In this document: one piece after another, positions 50,723 through 61,289 of the stretch | Numbering within the stretch: position 1 is the stretch's first letter | Layout: each line of letters begins with the position of its first letter | Translations under genes and position numbers: made by a program | Origin: an uncultured Verrucomicrobiae bacterium | GTDB lineage: Bacteria; Verrucomicrobiota; Verrucomicrobiia; Limisphaerales; UBA11358 | NCBI GenBank assembly: GCA_963827205.1 | Contig: CAWHAH010000002.1 | Span: 57,369-121,368, forward strand | Length of the DNA stretch: 64,000 nt | Direction: 5' to 3' | The notes under the pieces: generated by a model | What the model saw: only the letters and a program-made list of their open reading frames with translations | Database searches by the model: none | What the model was told of the DNA's origin: nothing

Positions 50723-52280
50723 ACTTCTTTAACAGCGCGTATTCCATGCTGTCCACGAGGGCCTGCAGGCTGGCCTCGATGATGTTCTCGCTCACGCCGA
50801 CGGTGCCCCATTCGCGCCGGCCGTCGCTGGATTCGATGAGGACGCGTGTTTTGGCGGCGGTGCCGGTCGCGCTGTCGAGGATGCGCACCTTGTAATCGGT
50901 GAGCGCCACGTTCTGGAGTTGCGGGAAGAACTTCGCCAGCGCCAACCGCAACGCCCCGTCGAGTGCGTTCACCGGGCCGTCGCCATCGGCCACCGTGTGG
51001 GCGGTTTTGCCGCCGACAACGACTTTCACCGTCGCCTCGCAAATGTTTTCGTTGCCATCGCGCCGCATGGAGACGTGATACGCATCCACGTGGAACGATG
51101 GATCGCGGTGCTTGAGCGCCTGGCCGATGAGCAACGCCAGCGACGCCTCAGCGGCTTCATATTCGTAGCCCTGGCCTTCCAGTTCCTTGACGCGCGCCGT
51201 GATCGCCTTCACCTCCGGCATATCGGGTTTGAGCTTGAAACCGAGTTCAGCGGCTTTCATTAAAATGTTCGTGCGACCCGACATGTCGCTCACGAGCACA
51301 CGGCGGAAATTCCCGACGGCGGCCGGGTCAATGTGTTCGTAGCTGCGCGCCACGCGGTCAATCGCGTGCACGTGCATCCCGCCCTTGTGCGCAAATGCCG
51401 TCTGCCCCACCCACGGCTGGCGCGGGTCGTGCCGGACGTTGGCGATCTCATCCACGAATTCGGAAAGTTCCTTGAGCTTGGCCAGCGAGTTCGCGGGCAC
51501 GCCGGTCTTTTTCAATTTGAAATGCAAGAGCGGGATGACACTAATCAGATTGCAGTTGCCCGTGCGTTCGCCGTAGCCGTTGATGGTGCCCTGCACCTGG
51601 GTGGCGCCGGCTTCAATGCCGGCCAGGGCGTTGGCCACGCCCACGCCGCAATCGTTGTGCGTGTGGATGCCGATGCGAGCCGTGAGTTTACCCTTCGCCA
51701 GCGCGGTGATGCGCGCAACTTCCTCCGGCAGACAGCCGCCGTTTGTATCGCACAACGCGATGCATTCCGCGCCCGCCTTCTCCGCTGCCTGCCACGTGGC
51801 CAGCGCGTAGTCCGGTTCGTCCTTGAATCCATCGAAGCTGTGTTCGGCATCGTAGATGACCGTTTTGCCGTGGTCCTTCAAAAAACGGATGGTGTCGGCG
51901 ATCATCGCCAGGTTTTCGTCTGGCCTGACGCGCAACACCTCGATGACGTGCAACAGCCACGTCTTGCCGACGATGGTGACGACCGGTGTTTTCGCGTCGA
52001 GAATCTGCCGCATCAACCCGTCCTTTTCGACAGCGACGCCTTTGCGGCGGGTCATGCTGAACGCCGCGATTTGGGCGTTCTTCCACTTGCGCCGGCTCGC
52101 CTGCGCGAAAAATTCCAGGTCCTTCGGGTTGGAGCCGGGCCAGCCGCCTTCGATGTAATGGACCCCGAACGCGTCGAGCTTTTCGGCGATGCGGAGCTTG
52201 TCCGCCACCGAGAAATTGATGCCTTCGCCCTGCGAACCGTCGCGCAGGGTCGTGTCATAGATTTCAACCTGGGGTTTCAT
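50721..52280 (-). CDS. cimA: Citramalate synthase
   Basis: YDTTLRDGSQGE, IEGGWPGSNPKD, YDAEH, HTHND, AFAHKGGMH, GDGPVNALD. Confidence 0.92.
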   Translation of the reverse strand: MKPQVEIYDTTLRDGSQGEGINFSVADKLRIAEKLDAFGVHYIEGGWPGSNPKDLEFFAQASRRKWKNAQIAAFSMTRRKGVAVEKDGLMRQILDAKTPVVTIVGKTWLLHVIEVLRVRPDENLAMIADTIRFLKDHGKTVIYDAEHSFDGFKDEPDYALATWQAAEKAGAECIALCDTNGGCLPEEVARITALAKGKLTARIGIHTHNDCGVGVANALAGIEAGATQVQGTINGYGERTGNCNLISVIPLLHFKLKKTGVPANSLAKLKELSEFVDEIANVRHDPRQPWVGQTAFAHKGGMHVHAIDRVARSYEHIDPAAVGNFRRVLVSDMSGRTNILMKAAELGFKLKPDMPEVKAITARVKELEGQGYEYEAAEASLALLIGQALKHRDPSFHVDAYHVSMRRDGNENICEATVKVVVGGKTAHTVADGDGPVNALDGALRLALAKFFPQLQNVALTDYKVRILDSATGTAAKTRVLIESSDGRREWGTVGVSENIIEASLQALVDSMEYALLKK

Positions 52281-52570
52281 AAAATGCCCGTGAAAAAACG
52301 GCGGATAATATCACTGAAATTCGCGGGACTGGCAAATCCCAAAACCGGGAATCAACAAGCAGTCTTTTTCGATTGCCGCGTTGTCCAAAGCCGGTGCTGA
52401 TTTCAGGCAGGAATGTTCTCCGAACGCGGGGCGCAACCCGGGCAGCGCCCGCAAAATGTCTGACGTAAACTTATCTTGTTATTATTATTACATTTTTAGC
52501 TGTTTGCTAACAATTGCGTGACAAGGGGATTACCGGCGGGTAAACTGTTTCCCAACACTTCAGGCATTAT

Positions 52571-53878
52571 ATGAGCACGCAAACCCACTTCGCGCTGACC
52601 CAGGCTGACATTCCCAAACAATGGTATAATCTGCTGGCGGACTTTCCGGAGCCGCTGCCCCCGCCGCTGCACCCGGGCACCAAACAACCGATACCGCCGG
52701 AAGCCTTGCTGGCGATTTTCCCGGAAAACCTCGTCAAACAGGAAATGTGCCCCGACCGCTGGGTCCCGGTCCCCGACGAGGTCCGCGACATTTACGCCCT
52801 CTGGCGGCCGACGCCGCTGCTGCGCGCGGTGCGCTTCGAGAAGGCGCTCCAGACCCCGGCGCACATTTATTACAAATACGAAGGCGCCAGCCCCGCTGGC
52901 AGCCACAAACCCAACACCGCCGTTGCACAGGCTTATTACAACAAGGTCGCCGGCACCAAACGGCTCGCCACTGAAACGGGCGCAGGCCAATGGGGTTCGG
53001 CCCTGGCACTGGGGTGCAGGCTCTTTGGCCTGGAATGCAATGTCTATATGGTCAAGGTCAGCTACGAGCAAAAGCCCTATCGCCGGATGCTCATGCACAC
53101 CTGGGGCGCCACGGTGCATCCCAGCCCCAGCGACCAGACCGAATACGGGCGCAAGGTTCGGGCGCAGGATCCGAAATGCCCAGGCAGCCTCGGCATTGCC
53201 ATCAGCGAGGCCATCGAGGACACCGTCAAGCATCCCGACACAAAATACTCGCTCGGCAGCGTGTTGAATCACGTTTGCATGCACCAGACCGTCATCGGCC
53301 AGGAATCCATCCGGCAGATGGAAATGGCCGGCGAGGAACCGGATGCCATTATCGGTTGCTGCGGGGGCGGCAGCAACTTTGCCGGGATGGCGTTCCCGTT
53401 CATCCACAAGATGATCACCGAAAAAAAGAAATATCGGATCGTTGGCGTCGAACCCACGGCCTGTCCCTCCCTCACCAAAGGCGACCTGCGCTATGACTTC
53501 GGCGACACGGCGGAGATGACGCCCCTGCTGATGATGTACACGCTTGGCCACAAATTCATGCCGCCGCCGATCCACGCGGGCGGGCTGCGCTATCACGGCA
53601 TGGCGCCAATGGTCAGCCACGCGCTGAAGCTGAAATTGATCGAAGCGGAGGCGTATCATCAGACGAAGGTCTTCGAGGCCGGAATCCTCTTTGCGCGCAG
53701 CGAAGGCATTGTGCCCGCGCCGGAAACGGCCCACGCCATAGCGTCGGTGGTTCAGGAGGCGATCAAGGCGCGGGAAGCCGGGAAGAAACGGGTCATTCTT
53801 TTCAATTTCTCCGGTCACGGCATGCTCGACTTGAGTGCGTATGAAGCTTACTTGACCGGCAAATTGCAGGATGTTTAA
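52571..53878 (+). CDS. trpB2: TrpB2-type tryptophan synthase beta chain
   Basis: [49 protein letters not shown]. Confidence 0.93.
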   Translation: MSTQTHFALTQADIPKQWYNLLADFPEPLPPPLHPGTKQPIPPEALLAIFPENLVKQEMCPDRWVPVPDEVRDIYALWRPTPLLRAVRFEKALQTPAHIYYKYEGASPAGSHKPNTAVAQAYYNKVAGTKRLATETGAGQWGSALALGCRLFGLECNVYMVKVSYEQKPYRRMLMHTWGATVHPSPSDQTEYGRKVRAQDPKCPGSLGIAISEAIEDTVKHPDTKYSLGSVLNHVCMHQTVIGQESIRQMEMAGEEPDAIIGCCGGGSNFAGMAFPFIHKMITEKKKYRIVGVEPTACPSLTKGDLRYDFGDTAEMTPLLMMYTLGHKFMPPPIHAGGLRYHGMAPMVSHALKLKLIEAEAYHQTKVFEAGILFARSEGIVPAPETAHAIASVVQEAIKAREAGKKRVILFNFSGHGMLDLSAYEAYLTGKLQDV

Positions 53879-53908
53879 CCCCAATTCCGAACCCGAAAAT
53901 TACAACCT

Positions 53909-54793
53909 ATGAAAACTCAACTTTTCCATTACGTGCTGGCAGTCGGTTTTGCCGCATTGCCAGGTTTGCTACAGGCCCAACCCTCGGCCCAATATGTGCC
54001 GGGCTCCGAGGGTATCAAGGGAGCCTCGCTGCCGCCGCCCGGGGTCTATGCCCGCGACTACAATTACTTTTACTGGGCTGACCAGTTCAACGACCCCTCC
54101 GGCAATGATGCCCACGTCCCCAACGCCAATGTCTTCACCTACGCCACCATCCCCCGTGTGATTTGGATCACCGACACAAAATTCCTTGGCGGATATGTTG
54201 GCGTGGACGCCCTGCTGCCGCTGGTTGATCAACACGTGAAGGCCGGGACATTTGACGGTACCACCTTCGGTATCGGGGATTTCTTTGGCGAAGGCACGCT
54301 CTCGTGGCATCTCAAACAATTTGACTTCGCGGTCGGCAGCGGCGTTTGGGCGCCCACGGGCGATTCCGCCCCCCAGCCCACCACGCGCATTGGCGCGGGC
54401 TACTGGACCTTCATGCAAACCGCCGGGGCCACCTGGTATATTGATGAGGGAAAAACCTGGGCCGTGTCGGCGTTGAACCGGTATGAATTCAGCACCGAAC
54501 AGCGCGACACGCACGTTATTCCCGGACAGGCCTACACGCTCGAATGGGGCGTGAGCAAAACCGTGGCGAAAGTCGTTGATTTGGGCGCGGTCGGCTATTA
54601 CCAGCAACAGGTGGATCCCAACGGTGGTGCATCGTGGAGCAGCCGCAACCGCGTGGCCGCCGTCGGCCCGGAAGTCAGTATGGCTTTCCCGAAGCAGATG
54701 TTCTTCGCTTCGCTTCGATACAACTACGAGTTCATGGCTGAATCCCGCGCGCAAGGCAACGCTGTCACGCTCACGCTCACGAAGCGGTTCTAG
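53909..54793 (+). CDS. Outer-membrane beta-barrel, SphA / phenol-degradation MetA-like family
   Basis: Signal peptide, GASLPPPG.Y, GIGD, APTG, GYYQQQ, C-terminal alternating strand ending in F. Confidence 0.75.
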   Translation: MKTQLFHYVLAVGFAALPGLLQAQPSAQYVPGSEGIKGASLPPPGVYARDYNYFYWADQFNDPSGNDAHVPNANVFTYATIPRVIWITDTKFLGGYVGVDALLPLVDQHVKAGTFDGTTFGIGDFFGEGTLSWHLKQFDFAVGSGVWAPTGDSAPQPTTRIGAGYWTFMQTAGATWYIDEGKTWAVSALNRYEFSTEQRDTHVIPGQAYTLEWGVSKTVAKVVDLGAVGYYQQQVDPNGGASWSSRNRVAAVGPEVSMAFPKQMFFASLRYNYEFMAESRAQGNAVTLTLTKRF

Positions 54794-54824
54794 GCCGGGT
54801 GCGGAAACCATTTCCCTGTCATCG

Positions 54825-54852
54825 AAGGGCCGGCCAGGAGCCGGCCCTTTTT
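54825..54852 (+). terminator. Intrinsic terminator
   Basis: GGGCCGGC-CAGGA-GCCGGCCC followed by TTTTT. Confidence 0.8.
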
Positions 54853-54922
54853 GCGGACACCGACCACTGATGCCGACCAGTGTAATGATTGCGAATTGCT
54901 GGCGCGGAACTAGATTGAGGAC

Positions 54923-55102
54923 GTGGAAATTTCTGAAAACATCCAATGCCCGTTTTGTGGCCAGAAGTTTGAGGTGGTGATTGATACGAGCGTGCCGTTC
55001 CAGCGGTTTGTGACGGATTGCGAGGTGTGCTGCCGCCCGTTCGAGATCATCGCAGAATGCGAGCCGGGCGAAATTCTGAGCTTGGACGCGGTGGCGAATT
55101 GA
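54923..55102 (+). CDS. CPXCG-motif cysteine-rich small protein (59 aa, absent from the ORF track)
   Basis: [23 protein letters not shown]...[11 protein letters not shown]...AN*. Confidence 0.85.
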   Translation: MEISENIQCPFCGQKFEVVIDTSVPFQRFVTDCEVCCRPFEIIAECEPGEILSLDAVAN

Positions 55103-55117
55103 GGCAGCCTGCGCGCG

Positions 55118-55429
55118 ATGCATAATTTTGCCAACACGGTTCTCTGGATTTACATCATCCTGCTGCTCGTCGGCGGGCTGATTGGTTTTTTGAAGGCGAA
55201 AAGCAAGGTGTCGCTCATCACGTCGGCGGTGTTCGCAGCCGTGCTGGTATTGACCCAAACCGGAATTTTTGAGCCAAGAGTGGCGCACCAACTGGTCAAC
55301 ATCCTCATGGCCGTGCTGCTGGTGGTCTTCGCGCTGCGGCTGGCGAAAACGAAAAAGTTCATGCCAAGCGGCCTCATGCTGGTGGTGACGATTGCCGCTC
55401 TGGCATTACAGAATCTTTTCAAGAATTGA
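55118..55429 (+). CDS. TMEM14 family membrane protein
   Basis: Y..LLLVGGLIGF.KAKS..SL, KTKKFMPSG. Confidence 0.85.
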   Translation: MHNFANTVLWIYIILLLVGGLIGFLKAKSKVSLITSAVFAAVLVLTQTGIFEPRVAHQLVNILMAVLLVVFALRLAKTKKFMPSGLMLVVTIAALALQNLFKN

Positions 55430-55758
55430 AACCGGCGCGCTTTTGGCGGCCGGAATTTGTATTGGCAGCCTGCGCACAACCAATTACCGGATGAAACGCG
55501 CCGACGCTTTCTCATTCGAACCCTTTCCCGGCAAACCTCTCCCGTCCTGAGATTTTGTTGCCGCAGTTTTTTGCTGGCAAGGCAGGCTGATCACCGTGTA
55601 AACCGCCGCAAAATCCCGGCGGTCAGGAGCGACAAGGTGCGATGTTACCGTTGTCTGGCAGGGCACGTGTGGAGATCGGCGACGAAGGAATTCAGACTTT
55701 TCAGATTGCGTTCCGGGAAATGCTGTTTTAACCTGCGGTTCGGTTGAATTATTGAATT

Positions 55759-57108
55759 ATGAGCGCACCAACCGCGTCATACAGTTCTTGCTGCCTGTTG
55801 TCTTCTTGCTTGGGTTTGGTTCCGCTGCTTTGTCTCCTTCACCCGCTGGCGCTGAGAGCGGATGACCTTGGTCCGACCAATCAGATTCGGCGAGCGGTGG
55901 AAATTCGCGACCTGACCGTGGCGCAGGCCAGTCAGCATTATCCGGTGAAATTGCAGGGGGTGATCACTTTTTTTGATACAAACCTCTTCATGCGTTTCAT
56001 TCAGGATGAATCGGCCGGGATTTACTTTTTTCCATTCGTAGCCACAAATGGCCCGATCCTAACGGCGGGACAATTGGTGGAACTCGAGGGCACCACAGAT
56101 CCCGGTGAATTTGCTCCGGTGGTGCAACCGAGCCAGATCAAGGTTCTGGGCCCGGGCACTTTTCCGCCGGCCACGCCGGTGACTTACGAGCAGTTGGCCA
56201 GCGGCGAGCAGGATAGTCAGTTCGTCGAAATCCACGGCGTCGTTCGCGCCGTCGATTTCGACCCGCAAACAAAATATTACTCCCTGGAAATCGAAACTGG
56301 CTGCGGACGTGTGACGGCGTTGGTGGCTAATTTGCCCGTTGATAACAAGGATTTGCTGGTTGACAGCACCGTCCAGATTCACGGGGTATGCGCGACCCGT
56401 TTCACCTCGCGGCGGCAATTATTTGATATCCGGCTTCTGCTGCCACGACCGACGGACCTGGTGGTTGAATTGCTCGGGTCGCCCAACCCCTTTGCCACCA
56501 CCCCGCTCCGCCCGATTTCACAGTTGCTGCAGTTTGCGCCGCACAGCCCGTTGGGCCATCGGGTCAAAGTTGAAGGGACGGTGATCTACGCGCAGGACGA
56601 GACCCTGTACATTGAGAACGAAACAGATGGGCTTTACGTGCAAACCAAGCGGGCCAACTCGCTGATTCCGGGAGACCAGGTTGAAGTTTTGGGGTTTCCC
56701 GCCAAGGGCGAATACACTCCCATGCTTCAGGATGCGATTTTCCGAAAGATTGGGAGCGGCGCAATGCCGATGCCTCAGAGCATCACGGCTGACGATGCGT
56801 TGAAGGGCACCTACGATTCCCGGCTGGTGCAGATTGAGGCAACCATACTGGATCGGGCACGCCAAAGCCCGGATGAGTTTTTGGTGCTGCAATCGGACAG
56901 GTGCATCTTCCTCGCCTATCGAGAGCGGAAAACCGGCGGCGTGGATTTTGCCTATTTAAGCAATGGGAGCAAGGTGGCGGTCACCGGCGTGTGCCGGGTG
57001 GATGTGGGTAATGGGTGGCGTGTTGGATCCGACTGGCGCGCCAAATCCTTCAACCTCCTCGTGCGTTGGCCGAGAGACATCGAGGTTCTAACGCAACCGT
57101 CGCCTTAG
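55759..57108 (+). CDS. Secreted protein resembling the extracytoplasmic repeats of the kinase at 61882
   Basis: Signal peptide; FIQDESAGI, EQLASGEQDSQFVEIHGVVR and HRVKVEGTV match EQLMSGAEDSQRIEISGIVR and YRVHVGGVV. Confidence 0.78.
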   Translation: MSAPTASYSSCCLLSSCLGLVPLLCLLHPLALRADDLGPTNQIRRAVEIRDLTVAQASQHYPVKLQGVITFFDTNLFMRFIQDESAGIYFFPFVATNGPILTAGQLVELEGTTDPGEFAPVVQPSQIKVLGPGTFPPATPVTYEQLASGEQDSQFVEIHGVVRAVDFDPQTKYYSLEIETGCGRVTALVANLPVDNKDLLVDSTVQIHGVCATRFTSRRQLFDIRLLLPRPTDLVVELLGSPNPFATTPLRPISQLLQFAPHSPLGHRVKVEGTVIYAQDETLYIENETDGLYVQTKRANSLIPGDQVEVLGFPAKGEYTPMLQDAIFRKIGSGAMPMPQSITADDALKGTYDSRLVQIEATILDRARQSPDEFLVLQSDRCIFLAYRERKTGGVDFAYLSNGSKVAVTGVCRVDVGNGWRVGSDWRAKSFNLLVRWPRDIEVLTQPSP

Positions 57109-58670
57109 CCCGAAAATTTCATTGAAAGAAGTCGCAACGGTGATCTCGGCCCAATGTCTATTGGGTTGAAATGAATACGAAATACACCGCTGCGACGGGT
57201 ACAGTTTGTAACCCCGAACTCTTCCATTTTCCAGCCGTAAAAAAGCGCTCGGTCAGCGCCGGCTTCACCGGCGGGGACGTGACCAGCGATGGCGGCATAG
57301 TGCTCTTGCGCCAGACCGACCGGCGCATCGGTCTGACCAAAGCCCTGGCCAAAGTCCTGCCCGATCCGCGCGCTCCAGAGCGCATCGAACATCCGGTCTT
57401 GAGTTTGGTGCGCCAGCGCATTTACGGGCTGGCTCAAGGTTATGAAGATCTCAACGATCACGACACGTTGCGTCACGATCTGGTTTGGCAAACGGCGGTC
57501 GAACGCGACCAACCGCTGGCCTCCAGTCCGACGTTGTGCCGGTTGGAGAACCGTGCCGACCGCCCAGTGGCTTGGGCGGTGCATCAAGTGATCGTCGATC
57601 AGTTCATCGCTTCGTTTGCGCCAGCGCCCGCGGAGTTGATCCTGGATTTTGATGCGACCGATGACCGGGTGCATGGGCAGCAGGAGGGACGTTTCTTTCA
57701 CGGTTACTATGGTGATTATTGTTTCCTGCCGCTCTATGTGTTTTGCGGGGAACAGTTGCTGGTGTCCTATTTGCGGCCAGCCAACATTGACTCGGCCCGG
57801 CACGCTTGGGCGACTTTGAAGTTTCTGGTGACGCGGCTGCGGCAAGCGTGGCCGAAGGTCAAAATCATTTTCCGTGGGGATTCGGGTTTTTGCCGCTGGC
57901 GTATGCTCCGTTGGTGCGAAGGGCATGAGGTCGGTTACCTCGTGGGGCTGGCCAAGAACGCACGGGTGCTGGGTTTGGCGCAGAGTTTCAGGGAACAGGC
58001 GCAAAGTGATTTCCAGTCGCAGCAACAAAAGCAGCGGCTCTTTGGCGAGGTGAAGTATGCGGCGGACACGTGGGACAAAGAGCGGCGGGTGTTGGTCAAG
58101 GCCGAGCATACCGACCAGGGCAGCAATCCGCGTTTTGTGGTGACCAACTTGGCCGGCGACGCGCAAAAACTCTATGACGAGGTTTATTGCGCTCGCGGGG
58201 AGATGGAGAACCGGATCAAGGAGCAGCAGTTGGGACTGTTTGCGGATCGGACCAGTTGTCATGGGTGGTGGGCCAACCAGTTCCGGCTGCTCTTGAGCAG
58301 TTGCGCGTATGTGTTGATGGAGCGGCTGCGGGCGCTGGCGTTGGCGGGCACGGAACTGGCGCGGGCGCAGGTGGGCACCATCCGGCTGAAGCTTCTTAAG
58401 ATCGGCGCAGTGGTTTTGCGCAATACACGGAAGGTACGTTTGCTACTGAGCAGCAGCTATCCGTATCAGGCGATTTTCCGTCAGGTGGTTGCGGCGCTGG
58501 ATAGCGGTTGAGTCGCGGTGAGTGCTGTCCCCGGCACGCCGACAAACAACGGGGGTAAGGGGGCGTGTGCCTACGTGTTGAAAAACTGGCTGTTTAGACC
58601 GTCATCGGCATCTCTTTGCCAACTTTTGCCGCCGCAAAATTCAACTCGTCAGTCTGATGAAATATGCGGG
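57109..58670 (+). mobile_element. IS1380-family insertion sequence, 1562 bp
   Basis: Inverted repeats CCCGAAAATTTCAT / ATGAAATATGCGGG (12/14 match); TTAG direct repeats at 57105-57108 and 58671-58674. Confidence 0.92.
57171..58511 (+). CDS. IS1380-family DDE transposase
   Basis: FTGGDVTSDGG, GYEDLNDHD.LR.D, LDFDATDD, RGDSGF, YCARGEMENRIKE. Confidence 0.94.
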   Translation: MNTKYTAATGTVCNPELFHFPAVKKRSVSAGFTGGDVTSDGGIVLLRQTDRRIGLTKALAKVLPDPRAPERIEHPVLSLVRQRIYGLAQGYEDLNDHDTLRHDLVWQTAVERDQPLASSPTLCRLENRADRPVAWAVHQVIVDQFIASFAPAPAELILDFDATDDRVHGQQEGRFFHGYYGDYCFLPLYVFCGEQLLVSYLRPANIDSARHAWATLKFLVTRLRQAWPKVKIIFRGDSGFCRWRMLRWCEGHEVGYLVGLAKNARVLGLAQSFREQAQSDFQSQQQKQRLFGEVKYAADTWDKERRVLVKAEHTDQGSNPRFVVTNLAGDAQKLYDEVYCARGEMENRIKEQQLGLFADRTSCHGWWANQFRLLLSSCAYVLMERLRALALAGTELARAQVGTIRLKLLKIGAVVLRNTRKVRLLLSSSYPYQAIFRQVVAALDSG

Positions 58671-58970
58671 TTAGCACCTTGTCGAACTGGACTCAATGTA
58701 CCACGTGAGGCCGTAGTGGCAGTCGCCCTGACGTGGAAGGGGGCAATTTTCGTGGCACAATGCCGCGGGAGGGTTCTCGACCCTGTACAGTTTTGGCTAC
58801 GTTAGCGAATCTATCTGGGGCCACCCGTTCGATCGTTTCGTCCGTTCCCGTCGCATTTTTCCGTTTGCGCAGAACAAGGAAAGCTCGAACTCAATTCCCA
58901 GGAAAACTGCTGTCGGGAAAACTGCTTGCGTGAGCAGACTCTGGCTCGTAATTTCCTAGGTTCCTTGGGC

Positions 58971-59047
58971 GCACCCATAGCTCAATTGGATAGAGCATCT
59001 GACTACGGATCAGAAGGTTTCAGGTTCAACTCCTGATGGGTGCGCCA
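58971..59047 (+). tRNA. tRNA-Arg(ACG)
   Basis: Acceptor GCACCCA/TGGGTGC, TCTGA-CTACGGA-TCAGA, CCA. Confidence 0.96.
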
Positions 59048-59118
59048 GTTTGAAGTTTGATCCGGGGAATGCCCGGATACTTTTGTCCGGTTCGCAACGG
59101 TGCGTTCCGACTGGCCAG

Positions 59119-59193
59119 GCCAATGTAGCTCAGCGGTAGAGCAACGGTTTCGTAAACCGTCGGTCGCCGGTTCAATCCCGGCCATTGGCTCCA
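59119..59193 (+). tRNA. tRNA-Thr(CGT)
   Basis: Acceptor GCCAATG/CATTGGC, ACGGT-TTCGTAA-ACCGT, CCA. Confidence 0.96.
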
Positions 59194-59345
59194 TTCCTCA
59201 GTGCTTGTTTACCAGCTCCGTGCACTTGGTTCAAATATGATGGCCGAGTTTTTTTGCAGACGAGATGTCCCCGGTTCGACCTTAAAAGACAGATGACGCA
59301 TGAGGCTCGGAAATTGGAGGTGTGAAACCTTGGCAAAAGAGAAAA

Positions 59346-60908
59346 TCAGGGAGTAAACGGCGGCAAGGTGGTTTTGCCAACGCTAGCCCGGCGTGTCCAC
59401 GCAAAATAGACCGGGATGCTGATCAACACGATAATCAGGCCCGGCCAGGTGTACTGTGGTTTGTAACGCAACAGCACCAAATCAATGTAAATCGCCACGA
59501 TGATGTAAATGGCCGGTAGTACCGGATAACCAATGGCCTTGTAGGGGCGGTCAGCGTGGGGGCGGGTGCGGCGCAGCACGAACAGACCCGCGATGGTCAG
59601 AATGTAAAAGATCAATACCGCAAAAATGATATAGTCGAGCAACTGACCGTAGCTGCCCGACAGGCACAGGACACAGGTCCAGACCATCTGCACCATCAGG
59701 GAAACCGCCGGGGTGTGATAGCGGGGATGGACCTTCCCCACGGAGCGGAAGAAAAGCCCGTCCTTGGCCATGGCGTAGTACACACGCGCGCCCGCCAGGA
59801 TCAGCCCGTTGTTGCAGCCGAAGGTGGAAATCAGGATGGCCACCGCCATCAGCGCGCCGCCGACGTGGTGGAACACGACCTGCATCGCGGCGGTGCCCAC
59901 CCGGTCCTCGGTCGCATACTGGATACCGCGGGCCAGGACGGTCGGGCCGTTGGGATCGCCTGCCAACGGCAACACGCTAAGGTACACCAAGTTGGTGAGG
60001 ACATAGAGCACGATTACGAGACCGGTGCCCAAGGCCAGAGCCAGGGGCAGGTTACGCTTGGGATTCCGGACCTCGGCTGCGGTGAACGTGACATTGTTCC
60101 AAGCGTCGGCGGAGAACAGCGAACCGGTTTGAGCCACGGCCAGGATGGCGATGGTCCCCACCAGCACCATGGGACCTCCGGTGCCCACTTGGATGAGGTG
60201 CTGGGCGCCCAAGCCGGCGTTGCGCCAGAAATCGGTGAAGTTGGCGGCCACGGCCTCCCGGTTGCGGCCGATGGCGAAGCCCACCACGACCAAACCGAAG
60301 AGCGCGGCCACCTTGGCTGTGGTGAAAATGTTCTGCACCAGTGCGCCCGTCTTGATCCCGAAGATGTTCAGTACCGAGAGGAAAACCACCATCAGGATGG
60401 CAGCCAGGTTCTGGGTGTTGAGACCGACATCCATGTTGCCCAGTACCATGGGACCGATGTGGATAGGCGGTGCCTTCCAAAAGTGGAGGAGCCAATGGGC
60501 GGAAGAGATAGAGGGAAAGAAGAAGCCCAGGAACTTGCCGAAGGCCACACCCACAGCGGCGATGGTGCCGGTCTGGATGACCAGGAAGAAGGTCCAGCCG
60601 TAGAGAAAGCCCCAGAGCGGCCCCAGGGATTCGTGCAGGAAGACGTATTGGCCACCAGCGCGGGGCATCATAGCGGCCAATTCACCATAGGCCAACGCCC
60701 CCGTGATGGTCATGAAGCCGGTGACCAGCCAGGCGGCGATCAACAGGGCGGGCGAATTGACCTCCCGGGCGATCTCGGCGGAGACGATAAAGATACCCGA
60801 ACCGATCATGGAGCCCACGACCAAGGTGGTGGCGCTGGTCAGACCCAGGCCTTTGACCAATTCCGGTTCGGGCGCGGCGTCGATGTCGGCGCGGGCGCGC
60901 TGTTGCAT
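59346..60908 (-). CDS. APC-superfamily amino acid permease
   Basis: GSMIGSGIF, YGELAAMMPRAGGQY, AAEVRNPKRNLP, RVYYAMAKDG. Confidence 0.93.
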   Translation of the reverse strand: MQQRARADIDAAPEPELVKGLGLTSATTLVVGSMIGSGIFIVSAEIAREVNSPALLIAAWLVTGFMTITGALAYGELAAMMPRAGGQYVFLHESLGPLWGFLYGWTFFLVIQTGTIAAVGVAFGKFLGFFFPSISSAHWLLHFWKAPPIHIGPMVLGNMDVGLNTQNLAAILMVVFLSVLNIFGIKTGALVQNIFTTAKVAALFGLVVVGFAIGRNREAVAANFTDFWRNAGLGAQHLIQVGTGGPMVLVGTIAILAVAQTGSLFSADAWNNVTFTAAEVRNPKRNLPLALALGTGLVIVLYVLTNLVYLSVLPLAGDPNGPTVLARGIQYATEDRVGTAAMQVVFHHVGGALMAVAILISTFGCNNGLILAGARVYYAMAKDGLFFRSVGKVHPRYHTPAVSLMVQMVWTCVLCLSGSYGQLLDYIIFAVLIFYILTIAGLFVLRRTRPHADRPYKAIGYPVLPAIYIIVAIYIDLVLLRYKPQYTWPGLIIVLISIPVYFAWTRRASVGKTTLPPFTP

Positions 60909-61289
60909 GGCGTGAGGATGCAAACAATAAATCCGGGAGGCAAGACGCCGAATCAGGTGAATTAACCGGCCGCGCCGGATTCAGAAGCGTTTACTGAAAA
61001 TGCACGAATGTTCCAAAACCAGGAACCGGCCCATTCAACTGCAGGCGTTTTACAGTATCCACCGTTTGATTTTCAGGATGCGGCCCGGTCGGATGGCAAA
61101 TTCTTTGTTCCGGCCTCTCGCCTGAACTCGGTGCCCGCAATATTCGACGGGCATTTCCGGCGATTCCCAGTCGAAAATTTTCACACTCTGATTCAACGCC
61201 AGTTGTAGCTGTCCAGTTGAAACGCATTTTTCAGGATCAACCGCCGAGGCTCATCAGAACAGCTGTGAGAAAAAATCCCGCGTTTGAAG

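Noticed and set aside
55759-57108. Histidine kinase truncated by IS1380
   Set aside because: The reconstructed pre-insertion site still reads CCT TAG in frame.
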